From Xylographa opegraphella (Eukaryota), in contig JALDZX010000020.1 in assembly GCA_022813865.1 (NCBI GenBank), positions 310,001 to 374,000 on the forward strand: a stretch of DNA of 64,000 bases, in the 5' to 3' direction. Numbering within the stretch: the first letter of the stretch is position 1; each line of letters opens with the position of its first letter. The translations under genes were made by a program, and so were the position numbers. Under the pieces are notes generated by a model that ran no database searches, was not told the DNA's origin, and worked only from the letters and a program-made list of their open reading frames with translations. This document shows positions 24,246 to 37,419 of the stretch, piece after piece.

Positions 24246-26462
24246 AGCATTGACCCGCTGAGCAGTGTATACATCCGGAGCGGATCAAGGGTGCTTATGA
24301 TCTATTTCCCACCAAGCAGAGAAAAGGTCGAGTGAATGTCCCTTGACTCCTAAGATTACAACCTCAGTCAACCGGTTCGGCCGCAATGGCTGACTTATCT
24401 GACCTTGGCGCAAGTATTATGATCATAAGCAGAGCACGAAATACGGAGAGTGGAGAGTCCAACGAGGTGGGGGAGAAGGAGCTAAAACTACACGGCCTGC
24501 ATCACCCCAGCGCCAATCCCACGGCGAGCGAGGGCGGTGTTTTGTTCCAAAAATGACAGGAACACGGGGGATGGTGGTATGAACGAAGGCTGCTCGGGCT
24601 ATTGAAAGACAATATAGCAGTTCCTGCAATCCAGAAGATCCCAATACAATAACGCTGGGGTGACCATACGTGTGATATTGCTGATTTCCTGTTAGGTATG
24701 CCGTTGACGGAGTCAATGCCAACAGTCTGGTGGAATGCGGATCGAAGTTCACGGGGGGCCTCTCTGATGACCAACGGCGACGAGATCGGACGGTACCTAA
24801 TCCCAGACAACGAGGCTTATGACCTTTGAATATAATTATAGAAAGCTTATGATCATCCTGCAGTTTCGCACCGAGGGATATGCAATAAGCCAAAGCGGAG
24901 GTCGGGCCACAGCCAGTAGGAAAATAAAGGTAAGGAGACGATTAGCCGCAAGCGTACATGAGCGACTAGCGATCAGTAATGGCTCATCAACCAGCAGCAT
25001 CGACACCAGGTTGCATGATGCCCGAGGTCTGAACTGCGACTCCCAGCACCTGGAAAGCATAGCAGCAATCTCTGCGATGGCATTAGGCCTACAAAGCAAC
25101 GTCGGAGATTCCGCCCTGGCTGCGGAGGCGATTCGCCCGCGGCCTTAACAGTGGCTGTGCTCCGAGTTGCATCACACCTTGGGCTTCACTGCCCCGCTCG
25201 GATATAGCAGGGCATCCCATGGTCAACCGCCAGCCATGATGCACGTTCGGTGCTCCAGCAGAGTCGAGAGATTCAACCGTGCCGGTGACCTGATTGTGCA
25301 GCCCCAATGTCATGCAGCACGTAGTCAAGAGTGCCGGATCCTACTGCTGGGATTTGATGCTTCCATCGACCGTCTACCACAGTGCTACTTCGACGGATAA
25401 ACCATCTCGGATCCTTGGCAGAGTGGTTTTATGTAAGCACATGTTCGGGACTAAGCCAACGATAATCGGCCAACGTACTTCCCCTTTTCGTGTTCATAGA
25501 AAGTATTTTCGTATGAAGGATAACCTATGTATTCTGTTTGTTTGATGCATAATACGAAGCACCCCACCCACGCTTCCTTAATATAAACATCTCCCCCCTT
25601 TCCCGAACAATCCACCACCTCACCACCAACCCCAAGGTCCCAAAGTCCCTACCGTCCCTCCCAACCCCCCGCCAACCGAGATCAATCCAGCAAGCCGAAC
25701 AAAGCTGACGTGATCACCACCGCCTCTCCCCTTCCCCCCGAAAAGCCAGCCGCCACCCCCGACATCAATACGAGCCAGGACAAGACCGTTGCGCACGAGA
25801 TGAGTAAGGGCAGGCGCCGGTGTTCGTGAAGACGTAGAAAGCTTTCTTTCCTGGCAAGGAGGTGTGGAAATGAAACCGGGGGCCTTACGGGTTTATCCTT
25901 GGCGGCAGTCGGTTTCGTAAACACGAGTAACGGCGAGCTAAAGGGTCCCTCTAGTCCCGGGTGCGTTAGTGCCGGCAACATGCCACGCTGTCATTGGTGA
26001 ACAGAGTCCCCGACCACAATCTCCGCGTGCGGGTTGGTATTGTTTCGCTCTGACGAACGGTCGTTGCGCCCGAGCGTGTTGATTGGAGGCTTTTTCCGGG
26101 ACGAATCAACGGGGCGCGAGAACACAGATGAACATTGGCACTCTCTACGACAAGCGTATCGCGCCGGTTTCGCAAATCACGAGCATGGAACGAAAGCTGC
26201 AAAGGTCGGCCCAAAGTGTGTTTTTCTTGTTTCTTCGGACCTGACGTGCAGATGCAGTAGCCTATATGTACACAAATGCATGATCTAGTAGAAAAAACAA
26301 CTCCGCCCTAGTACCGATTATGCAATTACAGTGGTGGCCGTGAGAGGCACATGAATGCAAAGCCGCAGTTAGACCAAGTGCTAGCCGCGTGAGCTTTTCC
26401 TATGTATCGCTGGTGTCGAAGAGAAAAGAAAGTGTGCAACGTGTTGTGGAAGCCGGGCGAGG

Positions 26463-27283
26463 TTATGCCAGGAAGATGGCAGCAACAGCCGCCATACCGG
26501 CGCCGACCATGGAGATGCCGAAGGAGCTGGCTGATCCCTGGAAGGGGGTGATTGGCGAGGTGGTTGGCATTGGGCCAGTAACACTGAAATGCTGTTAGCT
26601 CGGTTACGGTGCATGTTCGCACGTGTAACTTACCCGGATCCTGACGGGGCACCGGTTCCAACAGGCATGCTGGTGAAGCTGCTGAAGACGCTAGGTCCGG
26701 CGGAGGAGGCCGGGATGGCAGCGTTGGTGGACGTGACCGGAACTGCGGGAACAGTAACGGTGGAGAGAATGGTGGTTGGGATGCAGGTGCTGATGGTGAT
26801 GACCGAGACTGATGGCGCAGCTGAAGTCGCAGGGACTGCGGCGTTCGTTGAAGTCGGGACAACCGCAGGGATGCTTGATGACGTTGCTGGAATTGCAACA
26901 GGCGACGAACTCGGAATTGCAGGTGGAGTAACGAAGCTGATGGTCATGGTCGAGGTCGAGGTGGCCATGGGAATCGACATTGGGGCCACGGTGGGGCTGG
27001 AAACCGCGTATGTGGTCGTGGTGACACGCGCAGGGCAGTTGGACACGGTCGGGGCACAGCTATAGATGGTGATCTCCTCGGTCGTGAGGACGACCTCGGT
27101 TGTTGTTCCAGCAGCAGCAGCGGAAGAGATTGGAGTCACGGCAGGAGTGGACATGGGGACCTGAGGTTGTCCATCGGTGAACTCAGATACCGGAAGCACC
27201 GTGCTGGGAGCAGAGGGAGCAAGAGCCGGGGTGGCAACAGCAGCACCGACGAAAGCGGCGAGGATGGCGAATGAGTAACGCAT
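26463..27283 (-). CDS. GPI-anchored Ser/Thr-rich cell wall protein; exons 27283-26634, 26583-26463
   Basis: Signal peptide MRYSFAILAAFVGAAVA, a Pir-like EFTDGQPQV, and TIYSCAPTVSNCP. Intron 26633-26584 yields the GPI signal FQGSASSFGISMVGAGMAAVAAIFLA*. Confidence 0.85.
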
Positions 27284-27583
27284 TTTTGGTGAACGAGTGA
27301 AGTTTTGCTGGAGAAGCTGGTGGGTGGAAAAAGATCTTCGGTGAAGTGGAAGACTTTGAAGGAAGAGGAATATGAAAGAGTATGAGGCTGTCCTTTAAAT
27401 GAGTGGAAGACCGGAGTCAAAGGTGAAGGAAAGATGACAGGTTGAGATGCAACGAAGTTGGGGATGGAAGAAAATGTTTGTGTGAAGGGAAGTGAAAGAA
27501 AGCGAGTGTTATAGAGGGCGTTGGTCGCCTTATACTCAGTCATAGCCGACACGGGAGATTAGAGGCTGCCGTGAAGGGGAATT

Positions 27584-27609
27584 AACGGGGCCAAACGGGG
27601 CCAAACGGG
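27584..27609. repeat. Short tandem repeat (AACGGGGCCA)x2.5
   Basis: aacggggccaaacggggccaaacggg lies upstream of the GPI cell-wall gene. Confidence 0.6.
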
Positions 27610-28667
27610 ACGGCCACCGCCTTCACTGACTGGATCCTCCCCCCGGCGCCCCTAAATAGCGCGATGGCCTGCCCGGGAGCGGTGATCTGGCACTACTGCA
27701 GGTACGGCGAACCATTGGCCGAACAAACACTCGACGCAGTTTCAGCAGTCGGTGAACACAACAGCTGACTCTGTTTCCAGAGCGGCTATTGTGTCTGGAG
27801 GTGTAGCCACCCAAATGTTGCATCTCCTGTCTATTTATACAGCTACTCTTGACTGCGAAAGACAGACAGCCATTCTTGCTACATGCTCCAGATACCTTAC
27901 TGTGTGAAGACTGCGGAGTATACGTGCATGTTTCCCCAGGGGCTCAAAACGTGGCGTTTTCGTGGCTTCGGCACGTTGCTCTTAGTCAGGGGCGATTAGT
28001 GGGGCGGCTCAGGGGTCTTGCCCTTATTTGCCAAATCGCTTCCTCTTGTCTCTGTTGCTCCTGAGTCCGGACAGATGCACAGTCTGCGACAGCTTCACCG
28101 CACAGAAGGAGGTCACTCGGAATCACCGTAGCATGACAACAAGAGCTCTTTGCCATCTTTTGAATATGCTGGGCCAGCAGCCGACAAAAAGACGGAAGAC
28201 ATCTGGCTGATCGGGTTGAATGGTCTACTCGAAATAGTCTAATGAGCTGTCACTCGGCTACCATGCCTAATCCCCCTTGCTTGTACGGGTCCCCTTTGAT
28301 TTGATAGATTTCTGGTGGTTAGATCACTTCAATCTCGCGGCCCTTGATGCCATCAACCCTCTTGTCCCGATTAATGCTTCACTGATTGGTGACATCCTTT
28401 CTTTCCCGCATGTGCGCAGTTCACGATTCTTCTCATCGCGTGCACTCCGATGAACTCGCCATCAGTCAGTCCACGAATGCCGGACAGTGCGGGGTTGGAG
28501 ACTCACACCACCCCTGGTGGGCTTGGCGGGAGTCGATGACGCCATAAACGCGTGTTTCCCTCTCCGCCCCTCCAAATAAAGGCCCTTGAAACCAATATCA
28601 TGCTGGCTCGCCTGGAAACAGAAACCCAAAAGCGGAGGGAGTGATTGCCTCACGGAGTATTACCAGG

Positions 28668-31035
28668 ATGGCTACGCAGACAGGAATCTCCGACGCCTCG
28701 ACAACGCATCCTTCGAGTCCGCCGCGGTCTGCCAATCACGATGGCCGAGCGAAGAGGCCATGGCAGCGGCGTATGCATTCCCAGCCTCATCAACCGAGCA
28801 TACACCATGAAAGCCAGGAGACTCTGTCGCGCGAGGTCTTACATCGGACCGCCAGCTCATCGATGTCCCGGCAGAAGCGCTGGTGGAAAATTCGGCTCTT
28901 CAGAGGCATGATCAACGATATCAAGCGAAGAGCTCCATTCTACGGCAGTGACTGGGTTCATGCGTGGGATTATAGAGTAGTGCCGGCCACCGTGTACATG
29001 TATTTTGCAAAGTATGCTTTCTTGTCAGAATAAACAATGCAAACTTTCTCTTGTGCTGCCGTGCTCCGCTTCGGTCTTGCAGCGCTGTCGCTTTGGTCTA
29101 CATTCAATGTCGATGAGAATACGACGACTAATATGGGTGGCAGTATCCTTCCTGCTCTAGCATTCTCGTTGGATATGTTCGCAAAGACAGCGATGAGCTT
29201 TGGTGTGAACGAGGTCCTTCTCGCTTCCGTACTCGGGTCCGTTATCTTTTCATGTTTTTCTTGCCAGCCGTTGGTTATCGTTGGCGTGACTGGTACGATA
29301 TCCTTGAGAAATCGCAGACTGGACTTTGACCTTCATCAGGACCCATTACTGTCTTCAATTACACCGTTTACGATATCATCACACCGAGGGGCACCAACTA
29401 TTTTGCCTTTATGTGTTGGATAGGGCTGTATGTCATCCAGATTCTGTGCTATCGCGCCTATGGCTGACGTTGGGAGATGGGCGTTGCTGATGCATTGGGT
29501 ACTTGCGATCACCAATTCTTGCAACGCCCTCACATATGTCACCCGTTTTAGCTGTGATACGTTCGGCTTCTACGTGGCTTTCATCTATCTCCAGAAAGGG
29601 ATTCAAGTCCTAACGCGTCAATGGGAGCTGGGAGATCCAACAGCCGCGTATCTCTCAATTGTCGTCGCCCTTCTGGTTCTGATGACCGCCTGGATATGTG
29701 GGGTGATAGGAAATAGCAACTTATTACAGCGTTATGTCAGAAAGTTTGTGGAAGATTATGGGACCCCATTAACGGTTGGCTCATTCGTCTCATTCTTCCA
29801 TTAGGGGCTAATTTGGGCTCTCTCTCGCAGATCATTTTCTTTACAGGATTCGTTCACATTGGCCGGATGAGCAATGTTGAATTGCAGACTCTTCCTACCA
29901 GTACAGCATTCCTTCCAACTGTAGATCGTGGATGGTTTGTTCACTTTTGGGAGATTGACGTGGCGGATGTGTTCATTGCGATTCCATTTGCGGTCTTGCT
30001 AACAATACTATTTTGGTTTGATCATAATGGTGAGTGTCAGCTTCTGAACCATCATGTCGTCCGTGCCAGTTAATATTACCCACATTAGTATCCTCATTGA
30101 TGTGCCAAGGCACTGAGTTTCCACTTCGGAAGCCTGCAGGCTTTCACTGGGATATCTTTCTCCTAGGCTTGACGACCGGCGTCGCAGGTTTGCTTGGCAT
30201 TCCGTTTCCTAACGGGCTGATTCCACAAGCTCCATTTCATACAAACTCACTCTGCGTTACTCGACAAGTCTCCGATGAGTCCGAAACGGGAGAAGCAAAG
30301 GGTCATACAGCACGTGTAGTTGACCACGTTGTCGAACAGCGAGTTAGCAATCTCGCGCAGGGTCTTCTTACTCTTGTGACGATGACTGGACCATTACTAT
30401 TTGTCCTGCACTTGATTCCGCAAGGGGTACTAGCAGGCCTGTTCTTCGTCATGGGTGTACAGGCATTGGATGGCAACGGGATCACAGTCAAGATTCTCTA
30501 CCTGTGTCGTGATAAGCACCTGACGTCTCCTTCGGACCCGCTCTCGCGCATCAATCGCAAGCAGGCTATCTATTTCTTTGTGGCAGCCGAGCTCATCGGC
30601 TTTGGGGCCACTTTTGCCATCACGCAGACGATTGCAGCCATCGGATTTCCCATCATCATCCTCTTGCTCGTTCCGATCCGTACCTTTTTACTTCCAAAGT
30701 ACTTCACTCGGGAAGAGCTCTCGATACTTGACGGTCCGGCGGCGTCTCCCTTCACCATGGAATCCGTCGGCGGTAACTACGAGGAAAGCGAGAGCACCAC
30801 ACCGGTGTCTGAAGACATGGGAACCGACAGCAACTATGAAGAAGCAATAGACACATTCAAGAAAAACGATTCGATTGAGCGAGGCGAGGCGAAGAATCCT
30901 CGGCTACAGGCGAAAGACTTCCACCGACGGACAAGCTACAGAGGTGACGCTGGAGGCGATAATGGTGAAAGCATTGAGATGACTGGGCAACCCCTTCGTG
31001 ATGCGCGAGATCCAGGCCCATCTCGCAAAGTATAG
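28668..31035 (+). CDS. BOR1: SLC4/HCO3- transporter family borate exporter Bor1; exons 28668-29011, 29144-29292, 29340-29427, 29477-29774, 29831-30029, 30089-31035
   Basis: DIKRRAPFYGSDW, YMYFANILPALAF, QPLVIVGVTGPITVF, FDHNVSSLMCQG, PAGFHWD, NGLIPQAPFHT and VVEQRVSN. Five introns restore the conserved frame. Confidence 0.92.
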
Positions 31036-33406
31036 AGGCATTCCACTGTGCCGAACGGGATGCGCAAGGCCTATCCTGGGCGTCGCTTGCCTGGAACGAG
31101 GGCTCGGCTGTGCTGTTCACTCAATTTCAATCCTCGAACCTCATCAGACCTACACCTGTTGAAATCCTGAATGTAAATATTTATACCATACCACGGGACG
31201 AGGTTGTCGTCACAGGATCAGCTAAACTAGAGCAGTTATTGGAGAGTCAACATCTTCCAACCATATCAAATCCTTCGTCGCAGCCTCTACCAGCATTACA
31301 AGTTTCACCTTATCTTCTTGGCTTGCTAAGCCGAATAGGTGAGTTCATGCTGTTGAAAGTGGAGTCACCGCTCGGGCGATGCACAACAACGCAGAAGCTC
31401 AGTGCAGGCGGGCTTCCATGTCGCACGCAAGCGATGAGCCCAATCATCTGCACACCTTTTATTTCGAGACTTTGAACGTTCCTCCCTTTCTGCAATGGCT
31501 GTTGGGGTTCCTCAATGCCCACAGAGTATTGATTGTTTACTTTGTGACGCCTCAAGCAGCATGTCTGCGACGACCTCTGGCGACGACGAGTAGAACCCCG
31601 TCAGAGGTCGACGATCATCAGTTGTCGTCACATACTTAACCCGTACGGTTGAGAATTTGAAATAGTCCATGCACGCTGTGTAGTCGCAAGACCTTTACGC
31701 GCATGGATTGCTGGCAGGATGTTGTACTCCGGAAGATCTGCTGTATATATTGCGCCTTTGGGGCTCGGTACGGCGAGGATAGCCTAGCCGACCTTGGCAG
31801 TACACCTCCAGGGCTTCGTGCTTGGTGCTTGAGGTGCTTTAGGTAGGTCGTTTGCTCGCATCACGCCACGAGGCGCAGCGGTGGGGCGTCCAGCTATCCT
31901 AGCCGTAGAAAATTCTTTGCAGTCTCGTACTAACGGACGGTCTCTCCGACTACATTTCTCGTGTCGATGTCGGGGGTCTACCGTCCTGCGCGACTGGAGA
32001 TGGTTCTCTAGGGTTGATACGAAACATGTTCATTATTACGAACCACCTCGCAAGCGTTATCTTGGATGCATAGTATATTATTTCTTTGTCGCAAAGTCGC
32101 GTAACAACGACGACGGGGATGGTCCGCTAATGGTCCCTAATTAATGCACATGGCATGGACCGCACGTTGGCAGGCAAGAGCCCCTGGGGCCAGGCATGGG
32201 GTTAGTGGGAGGCCCTGTCGTACGTACGCAGACCGGGTTGGGAGTCCGCCACCAGCCAGTCAAGCTTTTCTGACCCTTGCTCGTGGCGCAATCATCAATG
32301 CGGACGGCCGTGTTCTTGACTCTTTTGTGTTGTGGAAAGAAATCTCTCCGGAGTCACACACGCGGCCCACGAATGGGAGCGCCGATAGCGGACGCAGGGC
32401 GGAGCAAAACGGCCAGACGATGAGCAAGTCGCAGCCGGTACGGAGGTCCAAGTCTCGCAACCCGGCTGCAGTGAATTGTTCGAGAGTGGCGACTATTTGA
32501 GTATTGCGACGAGCTGGAGCAGGCCCAGGCCGGGCTGGCCTCGCAATGCGCCCCTGCAACGCAAGCAGGAGGATGACATCAGGACTACAGTATCCTCACG
32601 GGACGGACGGTGAAAGAGGACTCGCAGGTACGCTGTATGTTCTGGCCGGCGCATGTCCTGGCGGTGCAGGCCACGCATTTGGCCGGTTTGCTATCCAGCA
32701 GTGCCGATCTGTTGTTTCGAGGGACCGTTTCGGCTGCTTTTGAGATATATTGATTCGTATGCCCCCCATTGCAGTTAGCGGCATGGGCGCCGAGACGCGG
32801 GAACGGCCCCTGAATGTGCCTTTGTGCCCTTTGATGTGCTGAAGCTTTGCGATCAAGAGGCTTCTGTCCAACGGAACGGACAGGCAGGATGATTATTGGG
32901 ATTTGGATTGATTAGCAATTATTAATCCGAGGCTCATCATCACACCGGCTGGCTGGCTGGAATGGAAGTCTGACGCTGACGCTCTCTCCCCGCCTTCGGC
33001 TGAGGCGGTCGCTTAAAACGTCGAAGTCTGCTCTGGGTGATGATATTCATCCACTACCTTCCCTTTGTAATCAACCACCGACTGCACACATATTATTCGC
33101 ATTCACATCTTTAGCGCCCCATCGATCCCATTCCATTCACTCCCGGATATCGTAGTCCCCCCAAAAAAAAAGTATCCGAGCTGGCTTCGCGTGCTCTGAG
33201 TCTGCGCACCTATCCTTAACCCCGAAAGTGATCGACACTTTGAAGCCCCATGTGTTAAAAACCCAGAACACAATTACGTAGTCCTCAAGCTTTATCGCAA
33301 AACCGCAAGACCGCACCTTTTCCAATTTGCAGAACGTGGTCGATTGTCACTTTATCACCGGGAAATCTGACAACATGATCTCGAGGACTTGACAGTGTCA
33401 TCCAAT

Positions 33407-36400
33407 ATGAGCGCGGCCGCACCGACTCCGCGCGATTCGTCGCCGGAGGAATACGACGACGAGGCAAACATGGCCGAACAAGGTCAGTGGGTGCCGCAGG
33501 TGCAGCCAGGCGTGGAGCCGGCCTCACCGTCCGTCACCGAGAGCGCGGTGTCCACCTCTCAAGGCCCACGCAGCGCACCGCCGCTGCAGAAACGTCGACG
33601 GGTCACGAGGGCATGCGATGAGTGTCGGAGGAAGAAGATCAAGTGTGATGGCAAGCAGCCCTGTACGCATTGTACGGTTTACAGCTATGGTTAGTACCTG
33701 AGTCAGTATGCGGATGCCGGTACACGGTTCGTGCCGTCGTTGGAGTTGACCATGCCCGCAGAATGCACGTATGATCAGCCGTCGAATCGACGGCGGAATC
33801 CTGCCCCTCAGTACATCGAGGCCGTGGAGAACCGCCTGCATCGAGCGGAAGCGCTGCTGAAGACCGTCCTCCCGGACGTCGATCTGGACGACCCGAAGCT
33901 CGCCAATGCCATCCCGCCCAATCTGCACCTGGCCGTGGGCTCGAGATCCCGGACCCAAGGTGGTACAAGTGCCCGATCGGCAGGAGCAACGTCGACGGCG
34001 GCCGCTGGGAACGCGGAGGTGGAGAAAGACTCGTTGCTGGAGTCAATGGTCCAACGGACCGGCTCCCTGGACCTGGATGACCGCGGCCATTGGGACTTCC
34101 ATGGCCACTCGTCCGGTCTGATATTTCTACGGCGCATGAGAGAGCAATTCGGGGATTCGATGGGGGAAGTGGAAGGCTATGGCTCAACCTTCCTCCAGAC
34201 TCGTCCCGAGGCGCGGATCTTTGATTCACCAAGGTCAGCGACCGATTCCCCGATGAGTTCGAACCTCTCGAATATGCATGATCTACCCTCGAAAGCTTGC
34301 GGCTGGGAACTGTGCAGGAACGCTCTCGATGACGCGTGCGCTCTGATGCGATTCGTGCATCAACCAACCTTCTACGCCATGTTCGAGCGTGTGTACGACG
34401 TGCCACCAGATCAATATGGGAACGAAGAGCATAGGTACCTCCCATTGGTGTACAGTGTCATGGCTGTAGGCACTCTCTTTGCAAGAAGTGAAAACAGCAA
34501 GCTTGAGGTGGAGGGTTACGAGAGTGCGACAGATCGAGGGTGAGCAGCAACGTCTGACGACAAAAGATGATACCTTGCCTGACTTCCATTGCAGATTCAA
34601 GTATTTCAAAGCTTCCCGCCAACTGATGGACATCTGCGACTGTAGAGATCTTCCTTCGCTACAAGCTATCATTTTCATGATCATCTTCCTGCAGTCCTCT
34701 GCAAAGTTAGCAACATGCTATTCATACATCGGCGTCGCTCTTCGCTCAGCCATACGAATGGGACTACATCGCTCCATCACGAGGAACTTCAACCCCATTG
34801 AGCTCGAAACCCGAAAGAGGACTTTCTGGCAGATTCGAAAGATGGACTTCTATGTTGGTGCGATGCTCGGTCTACCAATGATGCTCAGCGAGGACGACAT
34901 CGATCAAGAGCTCCCCCAGGAGATTGATGATGAGTGTATCACGGTGGAGAAGATCCTACCCATGCCGCCTGGACGGATCTCGTTCATTACAGCGACGAAT
35001 GCACATACCAAAATGACCAGGATCCTACAAAAGGTTGTCACCTACATTTACCCGCTGAAAGGTTATGAGCAGACTCCCGAGAAGTCCGGTGGTTCCTACT
35101 CGGTCAGTCATGCCAAGATCCGAGAGATTGAGCAGGATCTGCAGGCGTGGATGGAAAGTCTCCCCATGGGGCTTCGACCGGGTGGGTCTGCGACACCCGA
35201 GCTTTCGAGGGTTCAGCAGCTACTCCGGATGGCCTACGCCCACGTACAGATGATGCTGTACCGGCCGTTCCTCCACTACGTCTCCAACTCTCACGGCGGA
35301 AGAATTGACAAACGCTCGTACGCTTGTGCTGCCGCTTGCGTCAGTGTGTCGCGCAATATTGTCCATATCACGGCCGAGATGAAGCGCCGGGAGTTACTCG
35401 TTGGGTCGTATTGGTTCACGATGTACACTACCTTCTTTGCGATTTTGACTCTGGTGTTCTTCGTGCTAGAGAATCCCAACAGTAACACGAGTCAGGACAT
35501 CCTGAAAGACGCCCTGGAAGGCCGAGAGATATTGGCAAGTCTTGCGAAGAGGAGTATGGCAGCCGATAGATGCACTACCACATTGGCTGTAAGTGATGGA
35601 TTTCATTCTTCGCGCGCACCAATATCCTCGCTGACCACCCTATCAGACACTCTTTGACCAGCTCCCAAACAAACTTGAACGAGGCATTGGTCAGACCAAT
35701 ACTCCCCGCAAACGTCCAGCGCCAGCACCCTCACCCACTCGCGTCGGTCCCGAACGAGCGGCGTACAGCAACCCCAACCTTTCAACACCGCAGAAACTCG
35801 TGTCCGAGCACCCAGGCCACTTCCCCCGCGCCAGCACCTTCCCCAAGAATTCCAGCCTCATGACGTGGAAGCGAGCGTCGCTGCCATACAACAACAACAA
35901 CAACCAGCCGAGCCCGCTCGGCGACCCCAGCCAGCGCCGCAGCTCGCACGACATCCAGCCCTCGTCGTCCTCCTCGGAGCACGCCAGCGCCCTCACGCCC
36001 GACAGCCCCCTCAGCAGCGGCCTCTCCTTCTCCTCGGCCGCGCAAACGCCCTTCCCCATGCCGCCCGGCTTCCCCCACCCCGGCGGCGGCGGCGCCCTCC
36101 CCGACCTGTCCGCCATGATGTTCCCCAGCAACGACCCTTTCGCCTACCCCAACCAGCCCATGACCACGCTCGAGAACAGGCAGTTCACCAAGCAGGAGAA
36201 CTTCGACCCCACCGGCCTCTACGGCTCCGCCCTCGGCGGCGGAGGCGGCGGTGGTAATGCGCAGTACGAGAACCCCGAGGTGCAGCTCTTCGGGCCCTTG
36301 CCTCCCTACCTCATGGGCGGCCATCACCCGGGTATCATGCAGAGCCTCGGCCCACATATCGACATGAGCGGCGGCTGCGGCGGCGCGGGCGTCGATTGGA

Positions 36401-36534
36401 GCGCTCAGCAGCAGCAACAACAACAACAACAACAACAACAGCCTGGCCGAGCGCACGGCATGAACATGGAGGAGATGTTCGCGGACGAGTGGAAGGGCGG
36501 GTGGATGGACACGGGCGCGTTCGGGGGACAGTGA
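33407..36534 (+). CDS. ASG1: Zn(II)2Cys6 transcription factor with fungal-specific TF domain (Asg1-like); exons 33407-33689, 33762-34539, 34595-35588, 35647-36534
   Basis: [34 protein letters not shown], middle homology region AIRMGLHR...ETRKRTFW, and a poly-Q tail. The orthology call is from recalled similarity. Confidence 0.85.
36406..36441 (+). repeat. CAG/CAA trinucleotide run encoding poly-Q
   Basis: cagcagcagcaacaa...caacag encodes about 12 Gln in the TF C-terminus. Confidence 0.85.
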
Positions 36535-36650
36535 CGGATTGGACAAACGAACAGACGGATGCATGGAACGATCGATCGATCGTCTACTCGAAAACGGGGC
36601 GCTGCTGTCTCACGCCTCGCTGCCGCCGATGATGATACTCCGCGCCTATC

Positions 36651-36655
<5 letters not shown>

Positions 36656-36690
<35 letters not shown>
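36656..36690. repeat. (CT)n microsatellite abutting an assembly gap
   Basis: A pure CT run ends at the N stretch. Confidence 0.95.
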
Positions 36691-36707
36691 NNNNNNNNNN
36701 NNNNNNN
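36691..36707. other. Assembly gap (17 N)
   Basis: N characters in the sequence. Confidence 1.
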
Positions 36708-37419
36708 TTTTTTCTTCTTCCCTTGCTTTCTTTTTTTCTCTACATTCACGCACGCACGCATGCAGGTACGCTGGTATCGGGAACCCAACAGCACCGGGAC
36801 GGGGCGGCGGTGCATGGCGTCTGCATCATCGGGGGGAAGGGGGAGTGTGCATCGGGTTGGAATTGGGCCGATGGCCCCTATCATAGGCATGGGTTGAGAT
36901 GATTGGATTGCTTTGCGAATGAGTGGTTTAATAATAATGATGCTAGGGGGAGGGGGGGTTGTATGAAGGGGGGGGAAGGGGAAGGAAGGGCAAAGATAGG
37001 ATAGGATAGAATACCTGGATTTTTTTTAAATTCATGAAACTCCACTTCTGATCTGATCTGATCGTCGAGGGAAAGTGAAGATGAAGCTAGCTAGCTACTA
37101 AGGGGTGGTTTTTTTTTGGTGTAAGGTTGTGTGACCTCCCCCCTTCTTAAATCTCATCTCCCATTCATTGTGCAGTTGGAAAAAGCAAGCAGGCGATTAC
37201 TGCGCGGACGCGTCCACCCCACCCCATGGCTCCATCACTATTAGCAGTGCTGTAACAGCCAGGGCAGACGTCCCTGATTCGGCGTCGATCCGACCGACGG
37301 GTTCTGAATTATATCGACCAGTTGCTCTGGCTCAGCGTCGGGCATTGTGTGCATGTACGCCTACCTGTTTCTTGAAACCCCAAACCTCCCAAGGAGCCCA
37401 AGGAAAAAAGAAGAGAAAC

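Noticed and set aside
25813..25830. GCCGGTGTTCG resembling the 5' part of a fungal TPP riboswitch
   Set aside because: No downstream CTGAGA or GATAAT...GCG elements and no thiamine gene nearby.
26000..26120. AGTCCCC...CGGGGC resembling the RNase MRP P4 helix
   Set aside because: Poor match to the CR-I and CR-V consensus and short spacing. A covariance-model search would be needed.
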